Source: Candidatus Sumerlaeia bacterium (GTDB lineage: Bacteria; Sumerlaeota; Sumerlaeia; SLMS01; JANRJK01). Taken from it: DNA of 64,000 bases. A program made the position numbers and the translations under genes. Location: assembly GCA_033764015.1 (NCBI GenBank), contig JANRJK010000038.1, positions 1 through 64,000 of the forward strand, given 5' to 3'. The notes under the pieces are model-generated. The model saw only the letters and a list, made by a program, of their open reading frames with translations. It was not told the origin of the DNA and did not search any database. Positions 60,501 to 64,000 of the stretch are shown here, piece after piece (positions within the stretch are counted from its first letter, which is position 1; every line of letters starts with the position of its first letter).

Positions 60501-61959
60501 GCGTGAAGAACGCGCCCCCGAGCACGGTGACCGTGAGGAGCCACAGTGCGGAGCCGATGGCCACGCGGCGCGTGCGCTGGCGGCGGAGCGACGCCCGCTC
60601 GCCGGCGCCGACCTCGCCAAGCAGGCGCTCGCGCGCGGCGCCCCGGTCGAGCCGCTCCGCCTGCACACGAGCCAGCACCAGGTCGTCGTTGCGGAGTGCG
60701 AGCGCGGCATGGGTGGAGAAGACCTCCTCGCGGATAGCGGGGAGGTCGGGATTGGCCTGCCAGAGCGCGTGCGCCTGTTCGAGGAGCGCGGCGCAGGCGG
60801 CGAGGCGCGAGTAGTCGCGGGCGCCGGAGGCGAGCTCGGCGCGCGCCTTGGCGGCGAGTTCGCGGGACTCGCGGCGGCGCGTTTCGCCGGAGATGTGGTC
60901 CTGCAGCGCGGCGATGAACTCGGCGGCGGAGGGGCAGCGGTCCATCGGTTCCGGGCGGAGCGCGTGGAGGCAGAGGCGCTCGAGGTCCGCGGGCACCTCG
61001 CGGTCCGGCGCGCGGCGCGAGGGGGGCTCGACCTCGCCGGTGCGCGCGCGAAGGAACGCGCGGTGCGCGGAGGAATCCTCGTGCGGGAAGGTGCCGGTGA
61101 GGATGAAGTACAGCGTCCCGCCGAGCAGGTAGATGTCGGTCCACGGGCCGATGCGTTTTGCGGTGCGCTCGGTCTGCTCCGGCGCCATGAGGGCGGGGGT
61201 GCCGGAGGGGTTGCTCGCCGTGAGGCTGCCCTCCAGTTCCGGCAGGCCGAGGCGGCGCGTCTCCTCGAGCAGCGACTCGTCGCCGGTGAACACCGCGAGG
61301 CCCCAGTCGATGAGGAGCACCTCGCCGAAGCCGCCGAGCATCACCTGCGCGGGCTTCAGGTCGCGGTGCACGACGCCCTTCGAGTGGGCGAAGGCGACCG
61401 CCTGCGCGACCGCGATCAGGATCGGCGCGTGCTTGCCGATGAGCTGCGCGGCGGAGAGCGAGCGGAGGTCCCGGGCCAGCTCCTTGTCCCAGGGGGTGCC
61501 CTGAACGTACTTCATCGCGAGCAGCGGCGCGCCGGATTCGTCGCGACCGAGGTCGTGCACGGGGATGATATTGGGGTGTTCGAGGCGCGCGGCGAAGACC
61601 GCCTCGCGGCGGAACTCCTCCGAGAGCAGGTCCACTTCGCGCTGGTCCCCGCGGAGCCGGTCCGGGCGGATCACCTTGATGGCGACGACGCGCCCGAGGC
61701 TGGTCTGGACCGCTTCCCAGACCTCGCCCATGCCGCCAGCGGCGACCTTGCGGAGTAGTCGATACGGGGGTTGCTTCGGCTCGGCGAGCTCCGTAGGCGC
61801 CACGCCGACGGTCCCTGCGAAAGTGGCCGCTTCGGCGCCCGCGGGGGCGAGCGTCGCCGGTCCGTCCGGCGGCGGCGCCAGCGTCGCGATACTCCTCGGG
61901 CCCTTGTAGGAGAGCGTGGGGTGCTCGGGCAGGTCCTGCGGCGGGTCCAACGGGTTCAT
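57583..61959 (-). CDS. Hanks-type Ser/Thr protein kinase with a transmembrane helix and long TPR region
   Basis: GGMGEV, VAIK, LEHPNI, HRDLKPAQV, DWG, GTPALMAPE and TDIYLLG motifs, then a transmembrane helix and TPR-like repeats. AGAGG RBS precedes the ATG at 61959. Confidence 0.92.
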   Translation of the reverse strand: MNPLDPPQDLPEHPTLSYKGPRSIATLAPPPDGPATLAPAGAEAATFAGTVGVAPTELAEPKQPPYRLLRKVAAGGMGEVWEAVQTSLGRVVAIKVIRPDRLRGDQREVDLLSEEFRREAVFAARLEHPNIIPVHDLGRDESGAPLLAMKYVQGTPWDKELARDLRSLSAAQLIGKHAPILIAVAQAVAFAHSKGVVHRDLKPAQVMLGGFGEVLLIDWGLAVFTGDESLLEETRRLGLPELEGSLTASNPSGTPALMAPEQTERTAKRIGPWTDIYLLGGTLYFILTGTFPHEDSSAHRAFLRARTGEVEPPSRRAPDREVPADLERLCLHALRPEPMDRCPSAAEFIAALQDHISGETRRRESRELAAKARAELASGARDYSRLAACAALLEQAHALWQANPDLPAIREEVFSTHAALALRNDDLVLARVQAERLDRGAARERLLGEVGAGERASLRRQRTRRVAIGSALWLLTVTVLGGAFFTHQLSRSRDAEAGQRAAAEAQRDLAREARGKSDEFARFVLEDMTKRLAELNRLELLDPAVERALGYYTSVPFAELPVEEWKAPIEGLIAVMNASRTRGNPETQEVASRTLGGLFDALPADVAAEVGWRKRRAGFLLQRGLFQSSRGDLPAATATMRACADLYEDVVRDEPSDGDVLDNYAEVLGEWARLLNEAGDHAAAIATAKRSVAASEEAIRAAGASQLREGHLLSLLHRQLLYMTRIPDPAEGAELAERVRARAQEVAALGEPYAISAAAAAFNTTAAWERASGTTARGVEDAMASVALYRRANELRPADVANMRNLADTLSLLAILQGQAGDRPGAAESYASALAVADQLLARDPGNVESLAVIGGILNNSVNLALALGRIDEARAFSERQRAIADTFMSVAPERVGAARSVALAAVRIVAVHRAASEFALGVEAGERAVRIADEVAARFPEDKELRQNRIVARSWHAGLLGLADRRDEAIEVQGAICEAAEEALAAEPNSRAALETLGSVCINYATSLRGVGRVREAADVGARAVETQRALLALDPSRVVAASSLARALADQGSLLDSIGDRESALAALREAMEVAKSVEARDPTAFRIAESIASAGAAATRILAGAGRETEAREVLETSLAAADRQRSRLSADSQDDRHSVDTVVLRVAYAADALADARLALDLAAQIHESRALDTQPSVSDRILESQLAILDSRGFQHFGRIADSRANAEDSLRIASELSAAEPFSDFHKIEVVVALQCLSTLAAEAGDPERALALIEQAESTMRSLSPSELAAPSTASRFATVLRAKAGVLSGLDRHDEAIAALDASLDALAPGIEAGLDGAVRGRVEGLLAKAQALSKLARLDEASALIDEAAALRPWRDEPEERRLLLDRALRHAELDLAQATGDPERTRAALEAMLAAFQPRQGRNDNIAAKATRAVLLLRLGREAEAAPLAEEVRATEFRGGRFFDPLFE

Positions 61960-62030
61960 GCGCGCCTCTTCGGTTGTGGCGGGCCGAGTCTCCCGGGCCG
62001 CGTGCGCAACCGCAAGCGCGACCGGCGTCT

Positions 62031-63713
62031 TCAGCCCGCCGCGGCTCGCGACCCGAGCAGCTCCTCGGCGAGGCGGCGCCCGGCGGCGCCCGCCACTCCG
62101 CCGTCCAGCAGGCGGGCGATCTCCGCGGTGCGGCCCGCGCCCTCGAGCTGCTCCATCACCACGACCGTGCGCTCCTCGTCCTGCAGCTTGGCGACGTTGA
62201 GGTGCGCGTCGGCGAGCGCGGCGACGGCGGGCTGGTGCGTGACGCAGAGGACTTGGCGCCCCTTCGCCAGCGCAGCCAGCCGCGCCCCGACGCGCGCCGA
62301 GGCGGCGCCGGAGAGGCCGGCGTCCACCTCGTCGAAGACCATCATGCCGACGCCGTCGCGCTCCGCGGCGACGCTGCGCAGCGCGAGCATCACGCGGGAA
62401 AGTTCGCCGCCGGAGGCGATGCGGCGCAGCGGGCGCGGCTCCTCGCCGGGGTTCGCGGAGAAGAGCAGCTCGATCTCCTCGGCTCCGCCGTCGCCGCCTT
62501 CTTCGGCGGCGGGGGCGAGGCGCGCTTCGAGGCGGGCGCGGGGCATCGACAGGTCGCGCAGGACCGCGAGGACCGCCTCGGCGAAGGGCCCGGCGGCGGC
62601 GGCCCGGAGGGCGGTCAGCCGCGCGGCGGCGGTGCGCCACTCGCGGGCGCGGGCCGACTCCTCGCGTTCAAGCGTGCGCAGGCGGTCGCCGCTGGTTTCG
62701 AGCGTCTCGAGTTCCGCTTCGAGGCGTTCCAGCGCGGCGACGGCGTCCTCCTCGGTGGGCCCGTGCTTCCGGAGGGTGCCGCGGATCGCCGAGATGCGGG
62801 CGTCCACCTCCTCGAAGCGGGCCGGGTCGGTCTCGGTGTCGGCGAGGTAGCTGTCGAGCGTGCGGGCCGCGTCGTCGAGCTGGGCTTCCGCGTCGGCGAG
62901 CTGCTGCGCGAGCGGCGCGAGCGCGGCGTCGTGGCCCGAGAGCGTTTCCAGGAGTCGGCGGGCGCGGCCCACCAAGTCCACGGCGGCGAGCGAGTCGCCG
63001 TCGCCGGAGAGCCAGCCGTGCGCCTCCTGCGCGCCGCGGAGGAGCTGGCCAAGGTTCGCGAGCCGGCGGCGCTCCGCCTCGAGGCGGCCCAGCTCGCCGG
63101 GCTCGAGGGCGGCGCGGCGCAGTTCCGCGACTTGGTACTCTAGGAAATCGCGTTGGCGCTGCGCGGCTTCGACCTCTGCGGCCAGGCGGGCGCGTTCACG
63201 GCGTGCGGCGCGCCAGGCGCGGGCGGCGGCGCGGGCCTCCCCCGCCGCCTCTGCGGCCCCCGCGAAGGCATCCAGCGCGGCGCGCTGGCGCTCCGGCGAG
63301 GCGAGGTCCTGCTGGCTGCCTTGCGCGTGGAACTCGACGAGCGCCTCGCCGATGCGTTCAAGCTGCGCCTTCGTAGCGAGGTGTCCGTTCACGTGGATGC
63401 GCGAACGCCCGCCCGCGCGCAACTCGCGCCGCAGCAGCAGCGCGTCGCCCTCCCCCGCCAAGTCCTCCGCGCGGAGCGCCTCGAGGGCGGCGGGGCAGCG
63501 GGAAAGATCGAACTCGCCCTGCACCAGCGCGCGTTCCGCCCCCGTGCGGACCAGTTCCGCGGAGCCGCGCCAGCCAAGGAGGAACTGGAGTGCGTCGAGC
63601 AGGATCGACTTACCGGCGCCCGTCTCGCCGGTGATGGCAGTGAAGCCGTCGCGGAACTCGATCTCGAGGGAGTCGACGAGGGCGAAGGAGTCGATGGCGA
63701 GGTGGCGGAGCAT
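62031..63713 (-). CDS. recN: DNA repair protein RecN
   Basis: GETGAGKS, coiled coil, FSANPGE, ASGGELSR, FDEVDAG and VTHQP motifs. Confidence 0.96.
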   Translation of the reverse strand: MLRHLAIDSFALVDSLEIEFRDGFTAITGETGAGKSILLDALQFLLGWRGSAELVRTGAERALVQGEFDLSRCPAALEALRAEDLAGEGDALLLRRELRAGGRSRIHVNGHLATKAQLERIGEALVEFHAQGSQQDLASPERQRAALDAFAGAAEAAGEARAAARAWRAARRERARLAAEVEAAQRQRDFLEYQVAELRRAALEPGELGRLEAERRRLANLGQLLRGAQEAHGWLSGDGDSLAAVDLVGRARRLLETLSGHDAALAPLAQQLADAEAQLDDAARTLDSYLADTETDPARFEEVDARISAIRGTLRKHGPTEEDAVAALERLEAELETLETSGDRLRTLEREESARAREWRTAAARLTALRAAAAGPFAEAVLAVLRDLSMPRARLEARLAPAAEEGGDGGAEEIELLFSANPGEEPRPLRRIASGGELSRVMLALRSVAAERDGVGMMVFDEVDAGLSGAASARVGARLAALAKGRQVLCVTHQPAVAALADAHLNVAKLQDEERTVVVMEQLEGAGRTAEIARLLDGGVAGAAGRRLAEELLGSRAAAG

Positions 63714-64000
63714 CGGGCGTTCCCCTTGCAGCGGATGACGACCGTCTACTTTCGCTCGCCTTTCGCCGTCAAGGAAAAGCGAAGGAGGGGCGAAAGCCCT
63801 CCGCCAGGTGACCCGCGCACGCAGTTGCGTGGCGCGTCACCGGCCACGATCCGGCGCAGGGTAACCCCGAAGCGCATATCAGCCCCGCTTCGCATCCTCG
63901 CGGTTTCGCGTGAGACTTCCTCTATCATTCCTCCAGCAACCTCCGCCCACACCCCACCCCGATTCCGTCCTCCACGACATCGTCCAACACCACGCCCGCC

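Noticed and set aside
63746..64000. Short ORF upstream of recN
   Set aside because: No recognisable motif and too close to the window edge to support a call.

Overview
This is a very GC-rich bacterial chromosome segment. C-terminal protein motifs suggest Candidatus Sumerlaeota/BRC1 or a relative, but that is recalled, not verified. Bases 1-10840 are the right arm of an integrative, phage-satellite-like element inserted in a tRNA-Pro(TGG) gene; only the displaced 3' half of the tRNA is in the window (10796-10840). All element genes are on the minus strand: a tyrosine integrase, a coupled orphan ORF, a ~3.6 kb non-coding mosaic array of shuffled TCGA-centred modules, an excisionase/AlpA-type HTH gene, an orphan, a tape-measure-like protein, and an HTH replication-initiator-like gene split at a 22-bp iteron array. 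A second patch of the same mosaic modules follows at the left edge. The remaining ~53 kb is host chromosome. It holds two GT4 glycosyltransferases, nadD, a CPBP protease, dsbD, lnt, tdh-kbl, a MazG/CysQ/NRDE/DedA-ATP-grasp/EEP cluster, clpC, hglS/ydcJ, acs, uvrC, a ferritin-like gene, plsX, rpmF, nrdJ, a Ser/Thr kinase-TPR gene and recN. It also holds several large secreted proteins: two share a V-x-[DG]-W-x-x-F C-terminus, and two other proteins share a GPD...DPTNG-x-x-SAGDV C-terminus. The most unusual feature is the mosaic repeat array inside the integrative element. All calls come from reading the sequence and ORF track by eye; no searches were run.
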